DNA of 64,000 nucleotides. Origin: a virus. The notes beneath the pieces were generated by a model. It was given only the letters and a program-made list of their open reading frames with translations, had not been told where the DNA came from and did no database searches. The position numbers were made by a program, and so were the translations under genes. Location: positions 32,001 to 96,000 of the IMG/VR virus record IMGVR_UViG_3300045125_000085; one strand, 5' to 3'. How positions within the stretch are numbered: the stretch's first letter is position 1; each line of letters starts with the position of its first letter. Shown here piece by piece: positions 1 to 9,293 of this stretch.

Positions 1-210
1 TTTGCCGAGCTCCTCGGCTATTTCAAGAATTTTTTCTACACTGCTCATAAACCACCTCCATCGGTGCACTTTCTACCGACCGAGCAGATCAGTAGAGGTT
101 GATTGAAAAATCGATCATTCGCTTTTAGCAGAAACCTCCAGCGATGGATCACTCTTAGTATATGGGTTTATAAAAATCTGCACTTCACTAAAGCTAAAAA
201 ATAAAAGTCG

Positions 211-252
211 GCATATCGCCCTATGAGCTCATAGGCTCATAGGGCGATATGC
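211..252. terminator. Long hairpin terminator with TATGC flanks
   Basis: GCATATCGCCCTATGAGC-TCATAG-GCTCATAGGGCGATATGC perfect inverted repeat directly after the stop at 255; minus strand continues CGACTTTTATTTTT. Confidence 0.85.
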
Positions 253-254
253 AG

Positions 255-665
255 TCAGCTCGTAGTCACACTACTGGTCTTGATAGTAAAGCCACTATAC
301 CCCATCAGAGTCAGAGCATCACGTATCTTAGTCGTATCATCCATAGTGCCTATTGGTATCGTCACAGTCAGCGTCAGTACATCTGCAGTAGTGACAGTAC
401 CGACGTCTATCCATTCATACGCTAATACCTCTACACCTTTGTCTATAGACTCTAGTAGTAAATAAGTGTAGTGCGTAGGATCCTCATTAGTACCTGCTGG
501 TAAATAAGGATACACTGCTCTAGCTTTCTGAGTGATAGTATCGTACTTGACTGCCATCGAGTAATCGAGTACGGCTTTGACTTTGACTGCGGTACGCGAG
601 CCACCTATGACTGAGGGAGCTCGTGTCATGAAGTTATAGCGGCGATTAGGTAAGAAGTTATACAT
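255..665 (-). CDS. Conserved phiKZ-like hypothetical protein
   Basis: Start re-assigned to MYNFLPNRRYNF (GAGG RBS upstream); last gene of the minus-strand block downstream of PhuZ. Confidence 0.7.
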   Translation of the reverse strand: MYNFLPNRRYNFMTRAPSVIGGSRTAVKVKAVLDYSMAVKYDTITQKARAVYPYLPAGTNEDPTHYTYLLLESIDKGVEVLAYEWIDVGTVTTADVLTLTVTIPIGTMDDTTKIRDALTLMGYSGFTIKTSSVTTS

Positions 666-672
666 GTAGACC

Positions 673-1038
673 TCATGCTTGGGGGATATGGTAAGGCGTC
701 TGACCTCTATAGAGCATGAGGCCATCTAGCGCCGGATGATGGAGTACGTATTCTACTTGACTCAGTATATCGAAAAAGCCTTGCTCACGTATGAGGAAGT
801 ATATGGCTAATGCATATTTACTCACATGGTCTTGGAGTTCTCTTAACAGAACAGTGTTGTAATACAGGCCGTCTATGAATAGCAGATTCGATACGTTAGG
901 CAGGACCTTTAGTTGCTCTGTGTACTGTAGAAAGTCAGTAGTGAATATACCGAATATTTGGTAGTTGAGTTCTTCAAACCATTGCTTACTGATCCAGCCT
1001 ACAGTGATGTGGGGATGGCTATTAGCTGATACTACCAC
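673..1038 (-). CDS. Hypothetical protein, C-terminal fragment (N-terminus probably near 1255, frameshifted)
   Basis: ORF track; packed operon context; coding-like sequence continues upstream in other frames. Confidence 0.5.
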   Translation of the reverse strand: MVVSANSHPHITVGWISKQWFEELNYQIFGIFTTDFLQYTEQLKVLPNVSNLLFIDGLYYNTVLLRELQDHVSKYALAIYFLIREQGFFDILSQVEYVLHHPALDGLMLYRGQTPYHIPQA

Positions 1039-1260
1039 CTACTCGGTACTATCTGACCATTAGCATTTTGCTGCTGTATAGCAGCTATTGCTGGAGGATA
1101 CCGGCCATCCTGACGGCGGTAGTGTGATGACAGATAGTTAGGATCAGCTATCTCCGCATATCTGGATATAGCAGCTTAATGATCTCAGTCAGCGACTGCA
1201 TAAACGGCATCGCGGTACTATACGAGTCTATTACTAAGTACTCAGGGTAGTAAGGAGTCG

Positions 1261-1743
1261 CTAGGATTCGGTAATGCTGAAAAAACGGGTAGCATGGTCG
1301 GTCTCCAGTACGTCTAAGAGTGGGTCTCGACGTAAGCGGTCGTGGCTACGTGTAGCGAATCCTACTGTGTCAGGTAGGTCTAACCACAGGTAGTGGTACA
1401 GCAGGATACCCTCAGGGGCATAGGCACCATGCTGTATCAGTAAATGATAGACACTATCTAGCAGTAGACCTGAACTATCTAACAGTATCTCTAAGCTAGT
1501 AGGTCGTATCGTAGTAGGTACGGTAATCCTCTCTACCGTCTCCATGAAGCAATGCCTCAGTACCGGATAGTCTTCTTCTACTTTAAATATAGCGTACAGA
1601 CTCTCACAAAAGTCATCGACTAAATCACGGTAAGGCGTAGATGATGCTACTGAGGTATTAGCTCTATACAGGCTCAGTAATGGTAGCTCACGCAGATCCA
1701 TAGGAGTCGGTAGGAGTAGGAGTGATCGGGATGGCATGTACAC
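1261..1743 (-). CDS. Hypothetical protein
   Basis: 160-aa ORF with AGGAG RBS, abutting neighbours. Confidence 0.7.
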   Translation of the reverse strand: MYMPSRSLLLLPTPMDLRELPLLSLYRANTSVASSTPYRDLVDDFCESLYAIFKVEEDYPVLRHCFMETVERITVPTTIRPTSLEILLDSSGLLLDSVYHLLIQHGAYAPEGILLYHYLWLDLPDTVGFATRSHDRLRRDPLLDVLETDHATRFFSITES

Positions 1744-1746
1744 CTC

Positions 1747-2154
1747 CTAAGGGTAATGACGTATTAAGTCCTCACGTACTAAAGTGAGGCTATATAGATC
1801 ATGCCATTGATGGAAAATATACCCTGACATATCGGGCAGTACGAGAGCGATATGATCGTAGAGTTCTTTTTGCAGTATCTCTATCAGGAGTTCAAACTGT
1901 AGCTCTAGGTGATCGTAAGTCCAGGAGCGATAGTGGTCAGGATCGTTATAGTCGATGACGGCATTGAGCTGCGAGTAAAAGATTTCGTTTAAGCGATCTT
2001 CGATATTTAAGTACCTAGGGTAGTTTAAGATCGTCTCGACTATATCGCGGAGTGGGTAAAGATCGTAGAGCTCATGGGAGATAGTCTCATACTCACGGAT
2101 CCAGCTCATGTCTAGCATGATGTACCCGAAAGGTCTACGAGTAGGACGGTACAT
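1747..2154 (-). CDS. Hypothetical protein
   Basis: 135-aa ORF, GAGGT RBS. Confidence 0.7.
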   Translation of the reverse strand: MYRPTRRPFGYIMLDMSWIREYETISHELYDLYPLRDIVETILNYPRYLNIEDRLNEIFYSQLNAVIDYNDPDHYRSWTYDHLELQFELLIEILQKELYDHIALVLPDMSGYIFHQWHDLYSLTLVREDLIRHYP

Positions 2155-2245
2155 AGTGCACCTCTTTAATGACAGCGAAGACGACTCGCTCTATGGGAGT
2201 ACTCGAAGCTAGCCGGGTCGAGTAGTTCTAATGAGTAGTCGTCAC

Positions 2246-2914
2246 CTAGGGCGTGCTTAAATTCACGTCTGCGTTCTTTTCAGCTAAAGCTTCTTGTTGC
2301 TTAAGACGAGTCCAGTCTATGATGCGAAAATCCTCAGCTCTATCTATAGTCAGATCTGTCGCATTATTAGTGACGAAGTAGACGTGCCATACTCTATCGG
2401 CGATAAAGTCATCGACTACAGCGATGAGATCTTGGCAGAGGTTTTCTATTTCGTCATAGTCTACTTTAGCTTTACATTCTGGTTTAAATGGAGCGAGGAT
2501 AGAGTGCTTACGGATAGGACTCCACTCATGTCGTACTAGCTCTTGGATACGTATCTTTACGAGTAAGCTAGCAGTCTGTAGAGCACGTACGGGTACTCTA
2601 GGCACAGCACTCAGAAAGCGCTTCTTATTTTGCATCACATACTGCGGTATGATGATACTACTAGTACTATCTAAGATAGACTCTTTAATGTCATCTAGCT
2701 TAGTGATAGGTGTCTGACTAGCATAGCTACTCGGTGTATAGTAGTAGCCTTTCTTAAGTAAAGGCTCAGTACCGTTGAGCATGTAGATGCCAGGCTCTGG
2801 GTCTAGGAACATCGCCTGGTAACGATCTTGCAGTCGTGGGATAAAATCCATGAGCTGGATAATGATCGTCGCTTGAGGTTCTAGCAAAGGTGTGATGTCG
2901 TACAGGTCTTTCAT
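2246..2914 (-). CDS. Hypothetical protein
   Basis: 222-aa ORF, ATGA overlap with upstream gene. Confidence 0.75.
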   Translation of the reverse strand: MKDLYDITPLLEPQATIIIQLMDFIPRLQDRYQAMFLDPEPGIYMLNGTEPLLKKGYYYTPSSYASQTPITKLDDIKESILDSTSSIIIPQYVMQNKKRFLSAVPRVPVRALQTASLLVKIRIQELVRHEWSPIRKHSILAPFKPECKAKVDYDEIENLCQDLIAVVDDFIADRVWHVYFVTNNATDLTIDRAEDFRIIDWTRLKQQEALAEKNADVNLSTP

Positions 2915-3288
2915 ATTCTGCGAACCAAGATGAGTTGCTGATACGTCACGAGTAACTTAACGCGCGTACCATTACTGAACGTGAGCCTATGGCTATCCAG
3001 CCAGGCCGCCATGTGGAGTGTGATCTTATCACGTATAGGTGGAGTGTGATAGATACACTTATAGATGTCGTGGGTAAAGTGGTGAGTGATCTCGATGTAC
3101 TGACCACGCTGCCGGAGTACTTCTATTAAAGCTTCAGTGACTATCCAGTCGAAAGCGAGTTCTATTTGCTCTTCTGATACGGGAGCTGGTAGATGCTGCC
3201 AGAAGCAGTCCTGTATAGTAGGTAGCAATATGGAGCTGATAATAGTGAGATCAGCGATGAAAATCGAGTCAGTGCGGTGAGTGACCAT
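2911..3288 (-). CDS. Hypothetical protein
   Basis: 125-aa ORF, GAGGT RBS. Confidence 0.7.
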   Translation of the reverse strand: MVTHRTDSIFIADLTIISSILLPTIQDCFWQHLPAPVSEEQIELAFDWIVTEALIEVLRQRGQYIEITHHFTHDIYKCIYHTPPIRDKITLHMAAWLDSHRLTFSNGTRVKLLVTYQQLILVRRI

Positions 3289-3372
3289 ACAGTATACCTC
3301 TTAAATCTATCTCATAGGGCGTATGCTTGATTTTTCTGTACAGCCGTGCTAGATAGCGGGTCTAAAAAATAG

Positions 3373-3413
3373 CGGCATAAAACGGTTTAGAGAGGCTTTC
3401 ACCCCTCTAAACC
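3373..3413 (-). terminator. Terminator of phuZ
   Basis: CGGTTTAGAG..CTCTAAACCG stem; minus strand followed by TTTTATGCCGCTATTTTTT. Confidence 0.8.
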
Positions 3414-3426
3414 GCATTTTGCTATA

Positions 3427-4404
3427 TTACAAGATTAGGCCGTGCTCATTCAGCTCTTCATCGAGCTGGATGCGTTTGGTCACAGCACTGGTGACGTGCT
3501 CATCTATATCCTTGATGACCTTGGTCAAGCGTTCCAGTACGGATGGGAAGTATCCTGCTACTGTCACGATGTGGAGTGGCAGATCGACAGTGATAGCATC
3601 CTTGAGCTTATCATCGATATAACCAGTAGCTCTGTAACCGACTGGGATGCCGATGGATGCATCAGTTTGAGCGTCTGAGATCGACACAGCGGAGACTACG
3701 CTATGACCACGTGCTAACTCTACCGTCTTGGAGTAAAACTCCAGGTGGGTCAGCTGAGGATCTACAGCCGTCACTTTCTGATAGTTCAGGAAGTTAGACA
3801 GATCTGCACTATCCAACTCGTGATTCTGACCACTAAAGATAGCAGCCAGCAGTACGATGATGGTCTGGACCTTCTGGTCTACAGACCCTCTAGGAGTAGA
3901 GCTACTATTTTCATAGTAGACCATATTCACCGGCTTTTCGATCTTACGGGCAGTAGCCTCATAGCCCTTCAACGTCTTCGAGGTATTCTCTACCTCGATA
4001 CGACTATCAGTACTACCGATCGTAATGACGATAGTCTGCACATCCTTCTTCAGCAACTCACCTGCTATGATCGGTCCGATGACTGAGCCTGAGCCACCTG
4101 ATGCTGAATGTACAATTACATTCAAGTCACCAGGCTTATAGCGGTGTAAGATTTCCTTAGAGCGTTCAGCGATCGCACCTGCATTGCTGTCACGCTTCTT
4201 ACCACTACCGTCTCTATCTTCGATGAGGTATACTCGCTCATCGTTGATATCCAAGTTAGCCCGCTTAAAGTTACTAGCGGATGTATCTATAAAGACGGGT
4301 CTAAATGTAGCAAACCCGTCCGACGGTTTATCCGCATGCCGCATGAGCTGGCTGACGATGTTGATGCCTGCACCACCGGCTGCGTAAATATTCATTTGGT
4401 TCAT
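3427..4404 (-). CDS. phuZ: Phage tubulin PhuZ (tubulin/FtsZ GTPase)
   Basis: N-terminal AGGAGINI, FIDTS, DGSGKKR, tubulin signature SASGGSGS, acidic C-terminal tail ending GLIL; 325 aa. Confidence 0.93.
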   Translation of the reverse strand: MNQMNIYAAGGAGINIVSQLMRHADKPSDGFATFRPVFIDTSASNFKRANLDINDERVYLIEDRDGSGKKRDSNAGAIAERSKEILHRYKPGDLNVIVHSASGGSGSVIGPIIAGELLKKDVQTIVITIGSTDSRIEVENTSKTLKGYEATARKIEKPVNMVYYENSSSTPRGSVDQKVQTIIVLLAAIFSGQNHELDSADLSNFLNYQKVTAVDPQLTHLEFYSKTVELARGHSVVSAVSISDAQTDASIGIPVGYRATGYIDDKLKDAITVDLPLHIVTVAGYFPSVLERLTKVIKDIDEHVTSAVTKRIQLDEELNEHGLIL

Positions 4405-4421
4405 TAGTACTACCTCTTGTG

Positions 4422-4931
4422 TTAATCATTCAAAGTAAGCGGGCCTGATATAAACTCTTTGTAGCCCGAGATGTGAGATTCGACACGCTGTGCGTAGCGT
4501 GTCAGTTTGCGGCTGCGATAGCCTGTGTAACACTTCAATGTGTCTATACGCCTTACGGCTTTCTTCCTGCACTCAGTCAGCACTGTCGTACCGACCTGCA
4601 CTGCGGTATTGATGTTAAACAGATTACACTGTTTAACTTTACGGCAATGCAATCGTGGCATCACCTGCATTAAACCTAAAGCACCTTGTTTACTACGTGC
4701 ATTCGGTTTAAAGCTAGATTCCTCCTGCATGATACCTACGAGTAAGCTGACAGGAAGATGTTGTTCCTGGGCTTGCTCATGGATCACGTGAGCGATACGG
4801 CGTGCCTGAACGACAGACGCCTTCGAGTGTTGCATGATCCATCGCTCTGTCTTGACTGGACTAGCTGATGTAGTGCTAGCAAATAAAGTCATCGCGATGG
4901 CTAGTAGACCTTTCTTTGAGAAGATCGGCAT
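4422..4931 (-). CDS. Soluble lytic transglycosylase (SLT) with N-terminal signal peptide
   Basis: IMQEESSFKPNARS..GALGLMQV motifs; start at MPIFSKK (GGAGG RBS) followed by a hydrophobic segment and ASA site. Confidence 0.88.
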   Translation of the reverse strand: MPIFSKKGLLAIAMTLFASTTSASPVKTERWIMQHSKASVVQARRIAHVIHEQAQEQHLPVSLLVGIMQEESSFKPNARSKQGALGLMQVMPRLHCRKVKQCNLFNINTAVQVGTTVLTECRKKAVRRIDTLKCYTGYRSRKLTRYAQRVESHISGYKEFISGPLTLND

Positions 4932-5174
4932 ACTTTTCCTCCATAGGTAATTGAACACATTTAAGCTGCACAGGCAGCTTATAGGATTTTCAATCCTAGT
5001 AATAGGATCTTTGATCCTCAAAGAGCACTAGTGGCGTACGGGTCGGCTAAGCTCATGTTTAGTATATACGGCTAAAATACGCTCGACTCGTAGTCATTGA
5101 GATATAAACCGTACAGCAAAAAGAAAGAGCGCATAGAGGGAGTGGTATAGACCACTCCCTCTAGCTGTTAGCTG

Positions 5175-5438
5175 TTAATCACCATAAAAAATTTTATTCT
5201 TAACAACATGTCTATTTAGCAGACCGTATTTAAACAACGTCTCTTCAATCAGCTTTTCTAAAACTCTATATGCTAGAGTACCTTCTTTACTATTATCAAC
5301 AATAGTAAAGACAAAATCAACAACCATGTCAGCCTTTCTCTCTAAAGAAATTTCATCATTTGTTGGATCTAAAACAGCCATTGCAGCTTCTTTAGTAAGA
5401 CTAATTCTATCCATATAGGCCATTATCATCGCTTCCAT
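5175..5438 (-). CDS. Hypothetical protein
   Basis: 87-aa ORF followed by hairpin terminator 5136-5163. Confidence 0.55.
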   Translation of the reverse strand: MEAMIMAYMDRISLTKEAAMAVLDPTNDEISLERKADMVVDFVFTIVDNSKEGTLAYRVLEKLIEETLFKYGLLNRHVVKNKIFYGD

Positions 5439-5490
5439 GCCGCTAGAAGATACCTGCTCCTCTATTACTTCCTCTACGTTTCTTCCTCCA

Positions 5491-5667
5491 TCACCGCCTC
5501 TTTGCGGCGGTACTTCTATAGTAGGCTAATATAGTCTCTACCATCGACGGCTTGATAGCCTGATTAGCAGGCGTATTCACTACGCTTGCTGTACCGAGGT
5601 TAAGTCCATCATTAGACTCATCCAGTTGCACTACACGTTGCACTACACCGTTGTTCTTAACAGCCAT
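5491..5667 (-). CDS. Small hypothetical protein (putative early gene)
   Basis: GAGGTGG RBS; preceded by GATCTTAGCCTAC motif at 5738-5750. Confidence 0.5.
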   Translation of the reverse strand: MAVKNNGVVQRVVQLDESNDGLNLGTASVVNTPANQAIKPSMVETILAYYRSTAAKRR

Positions 5668-5759
5668 TTTATCCACCTCTATTAGTGATTATTACAAAGT
5701 TACTATCGGCTACATTAGCTTCGTATTGAAAGAGTACGTAGGCTAAGATCACCACTAGT

Positions 5760-6310
5760 ATTTATAACTATAATTAACTCCACTATAAGCTCTATCTAAT
5801 CTTTGCCTAGCACTCGCACTATCGTGCTCATGCACTGCGGCGATAGCTCTCTAGCTTTATTTAATCTCTATTGCACTCGACTACGTCTCATGCGCTGCGT
5901 TAATTGCTAATTTAACATTATCTACTAGCTTGTGTAAAAAATACTGGCACTACATATATTTTGACTGACTTAAATAGCAGGAGGGCGATGGAGTGACTGA
6001 ATAGGAACGAAGGAGACCGACACATACCTGGAAGCAATAGAGCTGCGTGCATATAGCTGACTGCCTACCTATACTAAAAGAAAAGAATAGATAAGCAATC
6101 TAGCCTCATACATACTAGCACTATCCACTACCAAACTAACAATAGATTAGGTACTATAGCTATCTGTTATACTACTCTATCTAGCACTACAGATGCGAAG
6201 CAGTATAAGTATTGGGGGCGTAGCCCCCACTAGTAGTACGATAAAAAAATAGATAAACTATATATCTTTATTAATAAAGATATATTCCTTTAAAGTAAAA
6301 ATAGCTAAGG
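5760..6310. other. AT-rich non-coding divergence region with mini-hairpins (candidate replication origin)
   Basis: No ORF of 60 aa or more; genes diverge; repeated GCACTCG..CTCATGC hairpins, TGCGAAGCA, GGGGGCGTAGCCCCC. Confidence 0.4.
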
Positions 6311-6320
6311 AGCTAGAGAG

Positions 6321-6884
6321 ATGACTACTATCTTAGATTTACAGCCTGAGAGTGAGCAGATTGTAGAGAATAAAGCAGATAGCAAAGAGACAGTATCTCA
6401 GAATACTGTCTCTACTAGTGCTGATGATGATGAGAAAAGTAATAGTGCTAATAAGAGTAAAGATACCATAGTGCTAGATGGACCTTTATCCACTATTTAT
6501 ACTCAAGCGTTACAGATCGCTTATAGTAAAAAAGCTATAGACGCAGAGCATGAGTCAGATATGACGAGTGCAGTCGAAAAGATGGCTATAGATGCGAGTA
6601 TGATGGGCGTGATGGAGGTGATCGATGAGACTGAGAGAGGTAGTGCTAAGCCTTTGTATGTCTATGTGACTGATGATGAGCACTTGGGTGATGGGGCTAC
6701 TGGGGAGGTGTTTGATACTTTGCGGGTGAGTGCTGAGAGTGGGAGGTATAGTGGGGTGTGGTTTTGTACTGAGGATGGGTATAAGTTGGGGCGGAGTCAG
6801 GTGCTGTTGAGTGATTTTGTGTTGGGGTGTGGGGGTAGGGTCTACTATAGCAAAGAGAGCCTGTGGCGGGCTCTAGGAGTCTGA
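6321..6884 (+). CDS. Hypothetical protein, possibly virion head-associated
   Basis: 187-aa acidic ORF, AAGGAG RBS, IVLDGPLSTIYTQAL segment. Confidence 0.7.
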   Translation: MTTILDLQPESEQIVENKADSKETVSQNTVSTSADDDEKSNSANKSKDTIVLDGPLSTIYTQALQIAYSKKAIDAEHESDMTSAVEKMAIDASMMGVMEVIDETERGSAKPLYVYVTDDEHLGDGATGEVFDTLRVSAESGRYSGVWFCTEDGYKLGRSQVLLSDFVLGCGGRVYYSKESLWRALGV

Positions 6885-6885
6885 T

Positions 6886-8112
6886 ATGGCTGGGTTAAAA
6901 GAGGTATTTGATCCTATCTTTGCTAAAGTGAAGTTTAATAGGAGCTTGAGTCATCAGCAGTATTTGTTTCATACTAGCTTTATGAATAAGAATGAGGAGC
7001 ACTTATTGTTTTTGAGTGGGAAGTTGACGGGAGTGCACTTTATTCGGTTTACGCCTAAGGAGTTTGATATCTTTTATAACGATATGCTGGATATCGATGT
7101 AGGTGTGATAAAAGCTGCGGTGAGTACTGTGGAGGCTATCGATCCTCGGTGGGTGGTAGCGAGTGATAGTTTTAATTTAGTCTGTATGTACATGGTGCAT
7201 AGGTGGCTGACTACTCCGGCTTTAGATAATAAAGCTAGGGAGCAGGCAGCTATTAGTGCAGCTTTGATCTTTTTTTATAGATCTGCTGCGGCTATGTTAA
7301 ATGAGTGGTTTAGATATCCGGTCGATGTAGCTTTGGCTGAGGCTACTTATGCTAATTTGAGTAATCGTTATTTGATACGGAAGTTAGAGAGTTGGCAGGA
7401 GGTGCTGATGTATCGAGCTGTGGAGCTGGTGAAGGGCGATAGTGTGCATAGGCGTACCTTTGAGACGTTTAATGACGATTACGCTGTGGTGCAGCTCGTG
7501 AACGATGCTAGAGGGCGTATGGCGGATATCATCAAGAACATCTATGCGGAGATGATGCGTACTCATCAGCGAGGAGAGCGATTACAGACTAGTAAAGATA
7601 CTACGTTGAACATGGATGGAGCTGAAATTTTAAAGGATAAAGTACATGGTCTGACGGATTATACGCAGTACGTGCTGGGGATAATGCATGATGAGGCTAG
7701 TTTCATCAAGAGTGAGTTGATCGATATAGTGAGTAAGATCATGAGCACTATGCAGGTGAGGGGATTTAAGACTAGTCTGGAATGGATGAGTGAGTACTGT
7801 GGGCATCAGCAGTATGGCGTGATCGAGGAGTTTATTAAGTTAGTGTTGATACATAGCTATCATTACTTCTTGACGCATGATAGTGCGGTGATGAATAGTC
7901 GGGATATATCTGGATTGCTAGGACGGTTGAAGAACATTTATGTCAGTAGTCGCAGTAGTGATGCTGATTTGATGAAGCTGAGAGAGCTAGGGAGTGAGAT
8001 AGTAGGTCATGCTACAGGTAAGACTAATGAGCAGACTATGGCGGCTATACGTACTGGATTGATGTTATACATCGTAGTACGGGCTTATACTAAACATCAT
8101 TACAGTGGGTAA
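6886..8112 (+). CDS. Conserved phiKZ-like protein (probably virion-associated)
   Basis: Intact 408-aa ORF, AGGAG RBS; LTGVHFIRF and C-terminal IRTGLMLYIVVRA resemble a conserved phiKZ-like family (from recollection). Confidence 0.7.
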   Translation: MAGLKEVFDPIFAKVKFNRSLSHQQYLFHTSFMNKNEEHLLFLSGKLTGVHFIRFTPKEFDIFYNDMLDIDVGVIKAAVSTVEAIDPRWVVASDSFNLVCMYMVHRWLTTPALDNKAREQAAISAALIFFYRSAAAMLNEWFRYPVDVALAEATYANLSNRYLIRKLESWQEVLMYRAVELVKGDSVHRRTFETFNDDYAVVQLVNDARGRMADIIKNIYAEMMRTHQRGERLQTSKDTTLNMDGAEILKDKVHGLTDYTQYVLGIMHDEASFIKSELIDIVSKIMSTMQVRGFKTSLEWMSEYCGHQQYGVIEEFIKLVLIHSYHYFLTHDSAVMNSRDISGLLGRLKNIYVSSRSSDADLMKLRELGSEIVGHATGKTNEQTMAAIRTGLMLYIVVRAYTKHHYSG

Positions 8113-8115
8113 GAG

Positions 8116-8550
8116 ATGAAGACGGCGATAGAGTTGAGTGAGTTGAATTATGAGTCTTGGTGTGGTACTAGATGGTTATGCTTGAAAGAGTGTAAGAGCT
8201 TGAGTACGGAGCGGTTGTTGTGGTTGTTGGGATTGATGAAGGATGGCGATGTGGAGATCGTGATACCTAGTCATTGCGTATGGGGTACACAGATAGAGAT
8301 AAGACGATGGTTAAGGAGAGAATACTACCTGATGGCTAAGCGGCATAGCGTAGTAGAATTAGTACATTTACACCATACTACCGAGACTGCTATGGGGGAT
8401 GGGATACCTGTGCTGATGGGAGAGACTCATGATGAGTGGGATGAGGTGCTGATGGCGTGGGCGAGTCATATCGCTCGTAAGGTGAAGTTTATAATCATGG
8501 TGAGGCGTGTATGTCGAGAGTCTACCGGATGCGAGTGCCAGATAGGGTGA
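8116..8550 (+). CDS. Hypothetical protein
   Basis: 144-aa ORF starting 3 nt after the previous stop. Confidence 0.6.
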   Translation: MKTAIELSELNYESWCGTRWLCLKECKSLSTERLLWLLGLMKDGDVEIVIPSHCVWGTQIEIRRWLRREYYLMAKRHSVVELVHLHHTTETAMGDGIPVLMGETHDEWDEVLMAWASHIARKVKFIIMVRRVCRESTGCECQIG

Positions 8551-9233
8551 TACCTCTTGTAGATGAGGTAGAGGTCGCATTAGAGGCCGATCAGTACGGG
8601 TTAAAGGATAATTACCTCTACCACTACAGCTTAGAGAAATACGAGTGTCTATTGACCTTAGAGGAGCAATGGAATCGAAAGATCAAAGTGCCTACTAAGG
8701 AAGACTTAGATTACAATACACAGCGTAAAGTCTTTCGGTATGATGAATTTCCGTATAGTCAGCACTTGAGTTTTCTATTAGATCCATTACCAGTAGACAT
8801 TATTGCTAAATTTAAAGGTGGTAATAATAAGCTGTATAATGCTAAGTCGTGTTGGGAGTACAAAATAGATATAGCTGCTTTTAAGGATAATATCAACTAC
8901 TACATGCTAGCTGAGAATGATGTAAATAATTTCTTTGCTTATAATCTTTGGTTAGATGTAGAGTTTCCTGGTAAGCACTTTATGTACTTTAAGACTAGAG
9001 ACTTAATTAATAAGCTAGCTGGTAATATCGGCTACGATTACTTGAGTCTTAGGAGTGCAGTGTTTAAATATAAAGGTAGGACACGTGAGGCTTTTAAGGA
9101 GCTGACTGAGAGCGATGAGTTTGAGTGGGTGAAGACGAAAGGCATGTATGCACCGACGGTACCGCATCTAATGGCGTATCCTAAGATCGGTGTGATCGAG
9201 TATGCTGATGTGAAAAAAATAAAGCTACTGTGA
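8511..9233 (+). CDS. Hypothetical protein
   Basis: 240-aa ORF ending at hairpin 9247-9283. Confidence 0.7.
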   Translation: MSRVYRMRVPDRVIPLVDEVEVALEADQYGLKDNYLYHYSLEKYECLLTLEEQWNRKIKVPTKEDLDYNTQRKVFRYDEFPYSQHLSFLLDPLPVDIIAKFKGGNNKLYNAKSCWEYKIDIAAFKDNINYYMLAENDVNNFFAYNLWLDVEFPGKHFMYFKTRDLINKLAGNIGYDYLSLRSAVFKYKGRTREAFKELTESDEFEWVKTKGMYAPTVPHLMAYPKIGVIEYADVKKIKLL

Positions 9234-9246
9234 AAAGGAAAGGGAG

Positions 9247-9283
9247 ATATAGCCCTGAGAGCACTAAGGCTCTCAGGGCTATA
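9247..9283. terminator. Bidirectional terminator between convergent genes
   Basis: ATATAGCCCTGAGAGC..GCTCTCAGGGCTATAT. Confidence 0.85.
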
Positions 9284-9293
9284 TGACGGCTAT

